In this document: positions 37,777-47,051 of the stretch, in pieces
Layout of the letters: the number at the start of each line of letters is the position of its first letter
Numbering within the stretch: position 1 is the first letter of the stretch
Source: Sumerlaeia bacterium
GTDB taxonomy: Bacteria; Sumerlaeota; Sumerlaeia; MVZB01
Assembly: GCA_041687335.1 (NCBI GenBank)
Contig: JAWLCE010000005.1
Coordinates: 13,201-77,200, forward strand
Length of the DNA: 64,000 nucleotides
Reading direction: 5' to 3'
The notes under the pieces: model-generated
Seen by the model: the letters and a program-made list of their open reading frames with translations, nothing else
The model's database searches: none
What the model was told of the DNA's origin: nothing
Position numbers and translations under genes: made by a program

Positions 37777-38841
37777 ATGTCTGAGCTGCGACAGAACATG
37801 GCGACCAAGGAATGGGTCATCATTGCGCCCGAGCGGGCGATGCGTCCCGACCAGTTCCGCCCGCCCGACACCAAGACTCAGACCCACCAGTTGCCGGCCC
37901 TGGTCAGCGATTGTCCCTTCTGCCCGGGCAACGAGCACGAGACGCTGGAGGAAGTCCTGCGCATGCCGGAGGAGGGCCCGTGGAAGCTGCGCGTCATCCC
38001 CAACAAGCATTCGGCACTTTCGCGCACCGGCGAGCGCCGCTATCACCTCGATGGCGTCCAGCGCTCGCTGACGGGGGTTGGCCACCACGAGGTGTTGATC
38101 GAGACCCCGCGCCACAACAGCACCCCCGGCCTGCAATCGCCCACGACGATCCGGCGCACGCTGGATGCCTTTCAACAGCGCGGGCGCGAGCTCTCGCAGG
38201 ACTCCCGCGTCGAACAGATCTTCTACTTCAAGAACCACGGCGTCAGCGCCGGCAGCTCGATCGTCCATTCCCACAGCCAGTTGCTGGCGTTGCCGATGGT
38301 GCCTCGCTCGACGCGGGTGCGCGTGGAGGAGATGCGCCACAGCTACGACGACCTTGGGCTCTGTCCGATCTGCCTCATGCTCGAGAACGAGCTGGCCGAC
38401 GGCCGGCGCATCATCGGGCAGAATGCAAACTTCGTCGCCTTTGTTCCCTACGCGGCCCTCTCGCCGTTTCACATGTGGCTGGTGCCGCGCCGCCACGGGC
38501 CTACTTTCCTCGACCAGATGCACCATGAACTGGACGCGCTCGCGCACCTGATGCGCGAGATCTTGGGGCGCCTCTATCATGGCCTTGGCGACCCCGCCTT
38601 CAACTACATCATCCGCAGCGCACCCCAGCGCGATTCCAGCAGCGCCTATCTGCACTGGTATGTGTCGGTCGTGCCGCGGGTCACGCGCACCGCGGGCTTT
38701 GAGCTGGGCAGCGGGATGTCGATCAATCCGACGCTACCCGAGGATAATGCCGCCTTCCTGCGCAATCAGGATCCCGGCGACGTGATCGATGACGAGACCG
38801 AGGCGACCCGCCCCGCGCCGGTCGTCCAGAATTTCCCTTGA
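37777..38841 (+). CDS. GalT-like HIT-superfamily nucleotidyltransferase (galactose-1-phosphate uridylyltransferase / ADP-glucose phosphorylase-like)
   Basis: Cys/His zinc site (CPFCPGNE) and the HIT-like catalytic histidines IVHSHSQ. ATG at 37777 (MSELRQNMATKEWVIIAPERA). Divergent from glgC. Confidence 0.8.
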   Translation: MSELRQNMATKEWVIIAPERAMRPDQFRPPDTKTQTHQLPALVSDCPFCPGNEHETLEEVLRMPEEGPWKLRVIPNKHSALSRTGERRYHLDGVQRSLTGVGHHEVLIETPRHNSTPGLQSPTTIRRTLDAFQQRGRELSQDSRVEQIFYFKNHGVSAGSSIVHSHSQLLALPMVPRSTRVRVEEMRHSYDDLGLCPICLMLENELADGRRIIGQNANFVAFVPYAALSPFHMWLVPRRHGPTFLDQMHHELDALAHLMREILGRLYHGLGDPAFNYIIRSAPQRDSSSAYLHWYVSVVPRVTRTAGFELGSGMSINPTLPEDNAAFLRNQDPGDVIDDETEATRPAPVVQNFP

Positions 38842-38858
38842 GGCGCGGGCGGAGGAAC

Positions 38859-40313
38859 ATGATGAAACTCACAGGCCCGTTCTCAGCACCGAAACGACCG
38901 GGGGCCGGCAGGTCCGGCCTTGGACTCATTGCCGCCTGGCTGGTGCTCCTGTTCGTTCAGGGCGCCACCGGAGCCCAACCCCAATGGCCCAACCTCGCTC
39001 CCGCCACCGAAAGGGCACTGGCCGGGGGGGAGGCGGCCGACGTCATCATTCGGCTGGCCCCCGACGCCGCCCTGCCGGCCGGAGCCGCGCTGGCCGAAGC
39101 CCAGGACCATCTGCTGGCCTCCCTTGCCGAGGCCCCCGGCTGGACGTTGCGTCACCGCTATGCCTCGATCCCCTACGTTACTGGCCAAATCACCCCCCAG
39201 GCACTGGCTGCGCTGGCGGGCCACCCCGCCGTTGAATGGGTCGGCCCCGACCTGCGCGTTAAGGGCGCGCTGGTCGAAAGCACCGCCGCCATTCGCGCCG
39301 ACAGCGCCCGGACGCGTTTTCAGCTTTCGGGCACCGGCGTTGCCGTCGGCCTGATCGACACCGGCATCGACCTCAATCATCCCGACCTGGCGGGGGCGCT
39401 GCTGGCCGGACGCCGCTTCATCAAGGACGATCCCACCGCCGCCACCGTCATTCAGGATGACCATGGCCACGGCACGCACCTGGCCGGCATCCTGACCTCC
39501 GACGCCCTTGGGCCCGCACCCCTCGGGATCGCCCCCGGCTGCCGGCTGGTGGTGGTCAAGGCCCTCGATGCCAATAACCAAGGCTGGGCAAGCGACATCA
39601 TCGCCGCCATTGATTGGATCGTCAGCAACCGCGCCCTCTTCCCGACGCTCAAGTTCATCAACCTGAGCATCGTCTTCGACACCAACCGCACCACGCTCTG
39701 CCCCTGCGACTCGCTGGCCCTGCTCGACGCCAACCCCGACCGGCGCAGCTCCTACGGGGCCTTCATCGAGGCGGTGGGGCGGGCGCGTGATGCCGGCATC
39801 CTGATTGTCGCCCCGAGCGGCAACGGCGGCGGTCAGGGCCTCAATCCACCCTCCTGCTTCGAGAACGTCGTTGCGGTGGGGGCTGCCTTCGACGGCGCCT
39901 ACACGCGCGCCCCAACCACCGGCACCTACTATACCCAGAGCCAAAGCGCCTACTTTGCCGATGTCCACGATGAGTTTACCCAGATCCGACGGCTGACGGG
40001 CTTCAGCAACTATGGCGACTGCCTGGCCCTGCTGGCGCCCGGCTACAGCATCCGCTCGACGATGCTGGGCGGCACCACCCGCAACAGCTTCGGCACCTCG
40101 ATGGCGGCCGCGCACGTGACGGCGGCGCTGGCGCTGCTGCAGGAACGGGCCCCGGCTTTGACCGCCGGCCAGTTGGTCGGGGTGCTGCGCCAGAGCGGCC
40201 GCCCCGTGCCCTCGCCGGCCAATCCGGCCATCAGCTATATGCTGATCGATGTCGATGCCGCCGTCATCCTGGCGCGCCGCACCAGCGCCCAAAGCTGGAC
40301 GATGTTCAAATAA
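38859..40313 (+). CDS. S8 family subtilisin-like serine peptidase, secreted
   Basis: Catalytic triad contexts DTGID (Asp), HGTHLAG (His) and GTSMAAAHV (Ser). Signal peptide present. ATG at 38859, 4-nt overlap with the upstream gene. Confidence 0.85.
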   Translation: MMKLTGPFSAPKRPGAGRSGLGLIAAWLVLLFVQGATGAQPQWPNLAPATERALAGGEAADVIIRLAPDAALPAGAALAEAQDHLLASLAEAPGWTLRHRYASIPYVTGQITPQALAALAGHPAVEWVGPDLRVKGALVESTAAIRADSARTRFQLSGTGVAVGLIDTGIDLNHPDLAGALLAGRRFIKDDPTAATVIQDDHGHGTHLAGILTSDALGPAPLGIAPGCRLVVVKALDANNQGWASDIIAAIDWIVSNRALFPTLKFINLSIVFDTNRTTLCPCDSLALLDANPDRRSSYGAFIEAVGRARDAGILIVAPSGNGGGQGLNPPSCFENVVAVGAAFDGAYTRAPTTGTYYTQSQSAYFADVHDEFTQIRRLTGFSNYGDCLALLAPGYSIRSTMLGGTTRNSFGTSMAAAHVTAALALLQERAPALTAGQLVGVLRQSGRPVPSPANPAISYMLIDVDAAVILARRTSAQSWTMFK

Positions 40314-40477
40314 CATTGCCGTCATTGCACTTGGCGATCCCGCTCCGTCATCTTCTCGGCTGTGCCTCTGCCTGCTGGCATTGTTTAGGTCCTGCCCGCC
40401 GGGTCGGTCTATACTGAACGCTGGCCAAACAAATGGCCTCTCGCGGCTGTCCAATACCAAGGGAAGAGGCCTTTCCA

Positions 40478-40978
40478 ATGAAGCTCTATCTGTTGCGCCA
40501 CGCCGAGGCGGTCGACATCGATGAGGCTGGCGGCGACGATGCGGCTCGCAAGCTGACCGACGCCGGCGAGCAGTCGGCCCGGCGCGCCGCCCGCGGCATG
40601 AAGCGACTGTCGATCCTGCCGGACAAGATTCTGACCAGTCCACTCGTTCGGGCGGCCCGCACCGCCGAATTGACGGCGCGCGAGCTGGGAATCACCAAGC
40701 GCGTGCGCGAGAACGAGCGCCTGGCCTCGGGCGTCCCGGTCGAGGCCATGGCCGAGCTGATCGGCTCACGCAGCGAGGAATCACTCATGCTGGTTGGCCA
40801 CAACCCGGATTTTGAGCTGCTGCTGGCGTGGTTGATATCCCCGGCGGGCGGCGCTCGCGTCAATCTCAAGAAGGGGGCGCTGGCGCTGGTTCAGGTCGAG
40901 CTGCCCCTGCAGCCCGGGGCCGGCATGCTGCGCTGGCTGATGACGCCCGGCCAACTGGCCCAGCTGGACCGAATTTGA
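40478..40978 (+). CDS. sixA: phosphohistidine phosphatase SixA-like (histidine phosphatase superfamily branch 1)
   Basis: RHAEA catalytic Arg-His motif right after the ATG (MKLYLLRHAEAV), plus a later histidine (LVGHNPD). RBS gggaagagg. Confidence 0.75.
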   Translation: MKLYLLRHAEAVDIDEAGGDDAARKLTDAGEQSARRAARGMKRLSILPDKILTSPLVRAARTAELTARELGITKRVRENERLASGVPVEAMAELIGSRSEESLMLVGHNPDFELLLAWLISPAGGARVNLKKGALALVQVELPLQPGAGMLRWLMTPGQLAQLDRI

Positions 40979-41064
40979 ATTGCAAAAAATGGCCGCCAAA
41001 GTTTGAATAGCGGGCGACAATTTGTCTGGGGGCAAGCGTCTTGGAATTCAGCGATTTCGTGACC

Positions 41065-41679
41065 ATGCTGATCGTGCTGGTGATTTTCTTCGCACCGGCG
41101 ATCAAGCAGATACTTGATAAGCTCAACGAAAGCAAGGGCTCGGCCCCCGAGGTCAGCGAGGCTGACCGTCGGATCCAGGAGGACCTGCGCCGGCGCCTGG
41201 GCGGCGATCAGCCCGAGGCGCCGACTCGCCCGCCCGTGCGCCCCGTGGTGATCCAGCGCCAGGGCGAGCGGCCGGTCGTGGTGACGCCACAGCCGGTTGC
41301 GCCCCCCGAGCCGCCGCGCCGGCCCGTCCCGCGTCAGGCGGCTGCCCCGCCGCCCCCGCAGCGGCGTCAGGCCCCGCTGCCTCCCCAGCCGCGTGAGGCG
41401 CGCCCGGAACCTGATCGCAGCTGGCAAACGCCCCCGCAACCGGCCGCGGCCCAGCTCGCCCACCCGCCATCCGTGCCCACCGTGCCGCGCGAACAATTGC
41501 CCGAGGTGGCCCGCGACGTGATGGTCACCCAGCGGGTGGAACCGGTCCGGACCCGGCGCAAGCGCAACCGCCGGCTGGAGCTGAACCCCACCACACTGGC
41601 GCGGGTGGCGCTGGTCAATGAAATCTGGCAGCCGCCGCTGGCGCTGCGCAAGGATCTGCCCTGGGAACAGAAACTTTGA
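41065..41679 (+). CDS. hypothetical proline-rich membrane-anchored protein
   Basis: N-terminal TM (MLIVLVIFFAPAI), then a 100-aa Pro/Arg/Gln-rich tract and a short basic C-terminal segment. Could instead start at the TTG at 41041. Confidence 0.5.
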   Translation: MLIVLVIFFAPAIKQILDKLNESKGSAPEVSEADRRIQEDLRRRLGGDQPEAPTRPPVRPVVIQRQGERPVVVTPQPVAPPEPPRRPVPRQAAAPPPPQRRQAPLPPQPREARPEPDRSWQTPPQPAAAQLAHPPSVPTVPREQLPEVARDVMVTQRVEPVRTRRKRNRRLELNPTTLARVALVNEIWQPPLALRKDLPWEQKL

Positions 41680-41692
41680 ATCGACATCAAAG

Positions 41693-43462
41693 ATGATGAT
41701 CAATCAGGCTGACCCGCCCTCAAGCCCGCTGGCCGAACAACCGGCCCGGTTGGTCGTGCTGTTGCGCCCGCTCGAGCCGGCGGAGGGGCTGGAGCCGGTC
41801 TATCGGATCGATCGCTTTCCCGCCACGATCGGCCGCCACGAGCTCAACAGCATTGAAATCGCCAATGAGGCGATTTCGCGCTACCACGCCCGGCTGGAGC
41901 GCGTCGGCAGCCAATTCCGCCTGCTCGACCTGCGTTCCTCCAATGGGACCTGGCTCAACGACCGCCGCATCCAGGTGGCGATGATCGACGACAGCGACAT
42001 CGTCTCCTTCGGCAGCGTCAAGTTCATCGTCGCGTTCGAGACCAGCGATGGCCTGCCCATCAGCGGCGGCTCGCCGGGAGGGGTTGAGCGCGACGGCACA
42101 TCCGAGATTCACCTCATCCAGCAGGCCGACCATGCCGAGACAATTCACTCCCAGCCCGCCGACCAGCGCCCGCGCCTGCTGGAACTGGAGGAGGCTCTCC
42201 CCGACGAGCCGGCGCTGGCCGAATCGCGCCGCCGCCTGATCGGGCTGAGCCGTCTGCAGGGGATCCTGCACGCGGCCGCCGGCGATGAGGCGCGCATGAT
42301 GAAGGCCGTGCTCGAGCTGCTTTTTGATGTGCTGCCCGTCAGCCGCGGGGCGATCCTGACGCGCGATATCCTGGACGCTCAGTTGTTTCGGCCGGTCGCG
42401 GTCCGCTCCCGCGCGCGCGGGGGGGGCGACAGCCGGATTGGTATCAGCCGCGGCGTCCTGCAGCGCTGCCTGCGGGAGAAGGTCGCCCTGCTCACACGCG
42501 ACGCCGGTGGCGACCTGCACCTGCGCCCCGACGCCGAGGTCCCCAGCCCATTGCGTTCGGTCATCTGCGCCCCGCTCATCAGCGGCGCCCATGTGCTGGG
42601 CTTCTGCCACCTCGAGACGCTCCAGCCCGAGCGCGCCTTCACGAATGATGACTTGACCTATCTGGTCGGCATCTGCGGCCAGACCTCGGTCCACCTCCAC
42701 AATCTGCGGATGACCCGCGAGAAGATCCAGTCCGAGCGGATGGCGGCCATCGGCCAGACGATCACCGGCATGGCCCACAACATCAAGAACATCCTGCTGC
42801 TGAGCCAGGGCGGCATCGAGATGATGGAAAAATCGATCAACCGCCGCAACTACGAGACCCTCGAGGAAACCTGGGGGCTGGTCCGGCGCGGGCTGGACCG
42901 GATCAACAGCCTGGTCCAGGACATGCTTGAGTATTCGCGCCCGCGCCACGTCGAGCGCGAGCAGATGAACGTCAACAACCTGTTGGCCGAACTGGCGCTG
43001 ACCTTTGCCGATGAGCTGCGCCGCCGCGGCGTCCACATCGAGCTCGACCCCGATCCCGAAGTTCCGGAATTGCCCCTCGACCGGCGCGGTTTGGAGAAGG
43101 CGCTCGTCAACCTGATCGTGAACGCGATCGAGGCCGCCGAGTCACAGGATGGCTGGATCGCCCTCTCCACCCGTATGCTCGAGGACGGCAACCTGGTCAT
43201 TCATGTGCGCGACGGTGGACCGGGCATCCCACGCGAGCTGCTCTCGCGGGTTTTCATCCCCTTCTTCACCACCAAGGGCTCCAAGGGTTCGGGGTTGGGC
43301 CTGCCGATTACTCGAAAAATCATCGAGGACATGGGCGGACGCATCGAGGTCCACTCCGAGGAAGGCCGCGAGACCTGTTTCACGATCACGCTCAATGTCG
43401 GCCCCGATGTCGCCCGCCTCGGTTCCTCCACCGCCGGGCAGCTCGACGAGGAACAGCCATGA
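41693..43462 (+). CDS. FHA domain / GAF domain / histidine kinase (HisKA + HATPase_c) sensor
   Basis: FHA block (RIDRFPATIGRHELNSIEI...SSNGTWLN), a central GAF-like region, an H-box (ITGMAHNIKN), and the N, G1 and G2 boxes (VNLIVNAIEA, DGGPGIP, GSGLGL). ATG at 41693. Confidence 0.85.
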   Translation: MMINQADPPSSPLAEQPARLVVLLRPLEPAEGLEPVYRIDRFPATIGRHELNSIEIANEAISRYHARLERVGSQFRLLDLRSSNGTWLNDRRIQVAMIDDSDIVSFGSVKFIVAFETSDGLPISGGSPGGVERDGTSEIHLIQQADHAETIHSQPADQRPRLLELEEALPDEPALAESRRRLIGLSRLQGILHAAAGDEARMMKAVLELLFDVLPVSRGAILTRDILDAQLFRPVAVRSRARGGGDSRIGISRGVLQRCLREKVALLTRDAGGDLHLRPDAEVPSPLRSVICAPLISGAHVLGFCHLETLQPERAFTNDDLTYLVGICGQTSVHLHNLRMTREKIQSERMAAIGQTITGMAHNIKNILLLSQGGIEMMEKSINRRNYETLEETWGLVRRGLDRINSLVQDMLEYSRPRHVEREQMNVNNLLAELALTFADELRRRGVHIELDPDPEVPELPLDRRGLEKALVNLIVNAIEAAESQDGWIALSTRMLEDGNLVIHVRDGGPGIPRELLSRVFIPFFTTKGSKGSGLGLPITRKIIEDMGGRIEVHSEEGRETCFTITLNVGPDVARLGSSTAGQLDEEQP

Positions 43463-45036
43463 TCCGACCCCTCCTGGTCCTGACCCTGCTGGCGATCATG
43501 ATCGCGCCCGTGCGGGGCGCCGAGTCCCCGCCTTCCCTGGACGCGGCTGCGCCGACCACCCCCACCCTGGCCGCCGAGGGCCCGGGGATTCACCTCTTTC
43601 CGCTGCTCTACCGCGGGGTGGACTGGGAGCCCGGTGTCGTCGAATGGTCGATCTTCGGGCCGCTGCTGGGCGCGCGCCGCGACCTGGCCACGACCGACAC
43701 ATTCTACGCCGCGCGCCCGCTGATGTCGGCCGGCACCAACGCCGATGGGCGGTTCCTCGACCTGCTGTTTCCGCTGGGCGGTCGCCGTCTGCGCCAGGAG
43801 CGCGCCGACGAGCTCGAGCGGCGCTGGGCGATGCCGATTTATTTCCACAGCCGCACCGAAAATCCTGTCTCCATGCGCGAGCGCAGCGTGTTCTTCCCGT
43901 TGGTCTATCGCGGCAGCCGGCGCACCGGCGATCAGACCGCCGGCTATTTCATCTTTCTGCCGTTCTATTGGAATGTGGAGGAGGGTGCGAGCTACTATTT
44001 CCCGCTGTTCCACCCCAACCCCGGGCGCTCACTGGTTTTCTGGCCGCTCTATGGCCATTTCCGCCGCGCCTTCGGCGCCGATGAAATCCGCTTCTGGGCC
44101 TGGCCCGGCTACGTTGAGACCATCGATGCCCCCAATCGCACCCGGACGATCCTCTGGCCGTTCTTCAGCCGCACCAGCGGCCAGACCCTGAACGGCTGGC
44201 GTGTGTGGCCGCTGGCGGCCCGTTACGAGCGAGCCGGCGGCGGTCGGCGCGACTGGTACCTGTGGCCGTTGGGCTGGCACGTGCGGCGCCCCGCCCAGGG
44301 CAACCGCTCCGAGCTGGCGCTCGACGCCTTCCTGCCGTTCTACCTCAAGATGAGCCAGGGTGAAATGAATGCGCGCTACTACGCCGTCTGGGGGGAATCC
44401 ATCCGCCCCACCCAGCGCACCAGCGCCTGGCTCTGGCCGCTCTACACACACACCGTCAGCCTGAGCCCTGAGTTCACCCGCCACCGGGTGCTGCTGTTTT
44501 TGGTCGATGTGCTGCGCGGTGAGGGGCCGCGCCGCACAATCGTCTTTCCCTTCTACGGCCGGCGCGAGGACGAGCGCCAACTGCGCCGCTTCGTGCTCTT
44601 CCCGTTCTATTCGGACCGCCGCCAGCAACTCGCCGACGGTGGCGTCTACACCAGCCGCTACCTGTTGCCATTCGTCGTCTCACAGCGCTGGGTGGATGCC
44701 GACGACCGTCCGCTGCGCAGCCGCTTCACGCTGGCGCCCTTCTACCGCGACATTCGCAATGCCGACGGCTCCAGCTACCTGAGCTGGCCGCACCTGCTGC
44801 CCTACACCGAGCAGGCGGGCATGGATCGCAACTGGGCGCCGCTGTGGACGATCTACTCGCGCCGCAACGACGGCGCCGGCACGGTCGAGCGTCGCGTGCT
44901 GGGCAAGCTCTGGCGCTCGCGCACCGTCGAGGGCGTCGGCACCGAACGCGAGTTCAACTTTTTGCTCGGCCGCTGGCGCCGCCACCTGGACGGCGGCGCC
45001 AGCTTCTCGCTTTTGGGATTCGAGCTTGCCGGTTGA
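43459..45036 (+). CDS. secreted repeat protein with about 24 tandem 20-aa aromatic-Pro repeats (WPLY/FPFY/LPFY cores)
   Basis: ATGA overlap with the kinase stop. Signal peptide (MIRPLLVLTLLAIMIAPVRGA). Recurring motif hydrophobic-W/F-P-L/F-Y-basic roughly every 20 residues, with strong GC3 bias throughout. Confidence 0.65.
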   Translation: MIRPLLVLTLLAIMIAPVRGAESPPSLDAAAPTTPTLAAEGPGIHLFPLLYRGVDWEPGVVEWSIFGPLLGARRDLATTDTFYAARPLMSAGTNADGRFLDLLFPLGGRRLRQERADELERRWAMPIYFHSRTENPVSMRERSVFFPLVYRGSRRTGDQTAGYFIFLPFYWNVEEGASYYFPLFHPNPGRSLVFWPLYGHFRRAFGADEIRFWAWPGYVETIDAPNRTRTILWPFFSRTSGQTLNGWRVWPLAARYERAGGGRRDWYLWPLGWHVRRPAQGNRSELALDAFLPFYLKMSQGEMNARYYAVWGESIRPTQRTSAWLWPLYTHTVSLSPEFTRHRVLLFLVDVLRGEGPRRTIVFPFYGRREDERQLRRFVLFPFYSDRRQQLADGGVYTSRYLLPFVVSQRWVDADDRPLRSRFTLAPFYRDIRNADGSSYLSWPHLLPYTEQAGMDRNWAPLWTIYSRRNDGAGTVERRVLGKLWRSRTVEGVGTEREFNFLLGRWRRHLDGGASFSLLGFELAG

Positions 45037-45048
45037 ACCGCCCCAGCC

Positions 45049-46983
45049 TCACGGCTCCAGCGGGGGGATCGGCCAGCTCCAGATGTTGGTGAGGGTGGAG
45101 AAGTAGAGCCGGCCATTGAGCTCCGCCAGCCCGGTGGTGGCGCGAGTCGGCAGGCTGACCAGCTTTTTGAACTCCCGGCTGCCCGGCGTGATGCGCCCGA
45201 TCGCATCGCGGAACAGGCAATAAATCATCCCGTCGGAGCCGACCAGCATCGCGCGCGGGGCCTGGTTGCCCGCCACCTCGCCGACGCCCTCCAGTTCCCG
45301 CTGATGGACCACTTCGCGGCGCGCCGGGTCGAAGACGAAATAGAGCGCCTTGCCCGAGCGGTTGGTCAGGCCATGGACCAGCCCGTCCGAGGCCACGACC
45401 AGGTCGCGCACGGCCGGCACGGAGGGACTGAACGGCGCATGCCAGACCACCTCGCGCCGGTCAGGGTCGAATAGATAAAGCTCAGCTTCCTTGGCCACGG
45501 CCTGGCCGCCGGTGCCGGCCACGATCGTCGTCCCGCCCACCACCAGCCCGTCGGGCAGTTGCGCCAGCGCCACCGTGCTGTGGTGGCGGATCAACTGCTC
45601 GTGGGTCAGCAGGTGGTGCTCCTCGCTCTCGAGGTCATAGATCAGCATGCCGCCGCCGGTCAGCCCGTAATCGGGTGTTCCGACCATGATGACCCGGCGC
45701 CCATCGGCCAGCGCCAGCAGGGCATGGGGCCGATTGATCGCCGAGCTGCGCTTGTTCAGCCGGCGCGGGTTCTGTTGATCGCCCGTGCCGCCGATCGGCT
45801 TGGCCGTATCATAGTCGTAGAGGTATCCGCCGGAATATTGCGCGGCGATGATGTGGCCGCGCTGGAGCGCCAGCGCGTTGAGGTGCCCGCCCATGTGCTG
45901 GCCCGGCTGATGGCTCAACGTGCCGGTGACGGTGTCGAGTGAAATCACCCGCAGCGGCAGGCCGGTGGAACCATAAATGGTCCGGCCGTCGGGTCCGGCA
46001 ATGATCGACTTCACATAGGCCCCATCGCTGTGGTAATCGAATTCCACGCGACGGGGTTTTCCGGTGTCGGGTTCCTCGAGCATCAGGAACTTTTCGGTGA
46101 TGTTAAACTGGGTGATCCGCGGGCCTTTGGCCAGCGCCACCCGCTGGATTCCCTGCGCGCCTTCAAGCATCGGGACTCGAGCCACCGGCGGCTTCTCGAT
46201 TTCGCGCCGCTCGCCCCGATACAGCTCGAGCCATGGGCTGTCCGAGGTCGGCCGCGCGTAGACGCGTCCGTTGCTGCCGCGGAAAACCTCGGGCCATGCC
46301 TGACGGCGCTCCGACTCGTCAAGCAACAGTGTGAACTGGCCCGTGTCCGGGTTGCGCGCCACCAGCTGGCTGGCCGTCGCCCCGATCCCAGCATAGACCC
46401 AGCCGGCGTCATCGCAGGCAAGCCCCCGTGGATATTGCGGCCAGCTCTCCTTGTTCATCGCGCCGTGATCGATCAGCTCGCGCGTATCAGGGTTGAATGA
46501 ATACAGGTGCGCTTTTGGATAGACCCCCGCCCAGATGATGCCGTTGTCATCCTCGGTCATGCGCATCGCGAGGTTGTCGCTGACGTGCTGCCAGAAGGTG
46601 AAGCGCCGCTCGGCGGGATCAAACTCCAAAAATGTGCGGCCGAAGAGCGTGTAGAGCCGGTTGCGACTCGAGAAGATGGCCGCGAACGGGGCATCCCCAC
46701 GCGGCGGACCCGGCAGGTCCATCTGCTCGAGCGCCCCCGTCAGCGGATCGATCAGCAGCAGATACTTGGTGGAAAAGGTCTCGGCCGGATAAGTCATCAG
46801 CAGCGGCCGGCCGTCCTTGTCATAGGAGGCAAAGGTGAAGCGATTGTTGAAGATCGGCGCCGCCGGCCCGTGATCGATCAACCCTTGGGTGTCGGCCTCC
46901 CTGGCATTGGACGCCGGCGCGGCGCCGACCCCCCCCGCCAGCATGACCCAGAACATGGCCGCCCACAGGATGCGTCCGCTCAT
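45049..46983 (-). CDS. secreted hypothetical protein, probable beta-propeller
   Basis: ATG at 46983 with a signal peptide (MSGRILWAAMFWVMLAGGVGAAPA). Beta-propeller-like composition with repeated DG.xY / GG.LY segments. 644 aa. Confidence 0.6.
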   Translation of the reverse strand: MSGRILWAAMFWVMLAGGVGAAPASNAREADTQGLIDHGPAAPIFNNRFTFASYDKDGRPLLMTYPAETFSTKYLLLIDPLTGALEQMDLPGPPRGDAPFAAIFSSRNRLYTLFGRTFLEFDPAERRFTFWQHVSDNLAMRMTEDDNGIIWAGVYPKAHLYSFNPDTRELIDHGAMNKESWPQYPRGLACDDAGWVYAGIGATASQLVARNPDTGQFTLLLDESERRQAWPEVFRGSNGRVYARPTSDSPWLELYRGERREIEKPPVARVPMLEGAQGIQRVALAKGPRITQFNITEKFLMLEEPDTGKPRRVEFDYHSDGAYVKSIIAGPDGRTIYGSTGLPLRVISLDTVTGTLSHQPGQHMGGHLNALALQRGHIIAAQYSGGYLYDYDTAKPIGGTGDQQNPRRLNKRSSAINRPHALLALADGRRVIMVGTPDYGLTGGGMLIYDLESEEHHLLTHEQLIRHHSTVALAQLPDGLVVGGTTIVAGTGGQAVAKEAELYLFDPDRREVVWHAPFSPSVPAVRDLVVASDGLVHGLTNRSGKALYFVFDPARREVVHQRELEGVGEVAGNQAPRAMLVGSDGMIYCLFRDAIGRITPGSREFKKLVSLPTRATTGLAELNGRLYFSTLTNIWSWPIPPLEP

Positions 46984-47051
46984 GATGAAAATCCTCCGCT
47001 GGAATTGATCTTGATCCAATAGAAAATCGATGAAAATTTCTCGCCGTCCGA

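Noticed and set aside
38883-40643. 586-aa minus-strand ORF
   Set aside because: It is antisense to the S8 peptidase and SixA-like genes.
41720-43036. 438-aa minus-strand ORF
   Set aside because: It is antisense to the FHA-GAF-histidine kinase gene.
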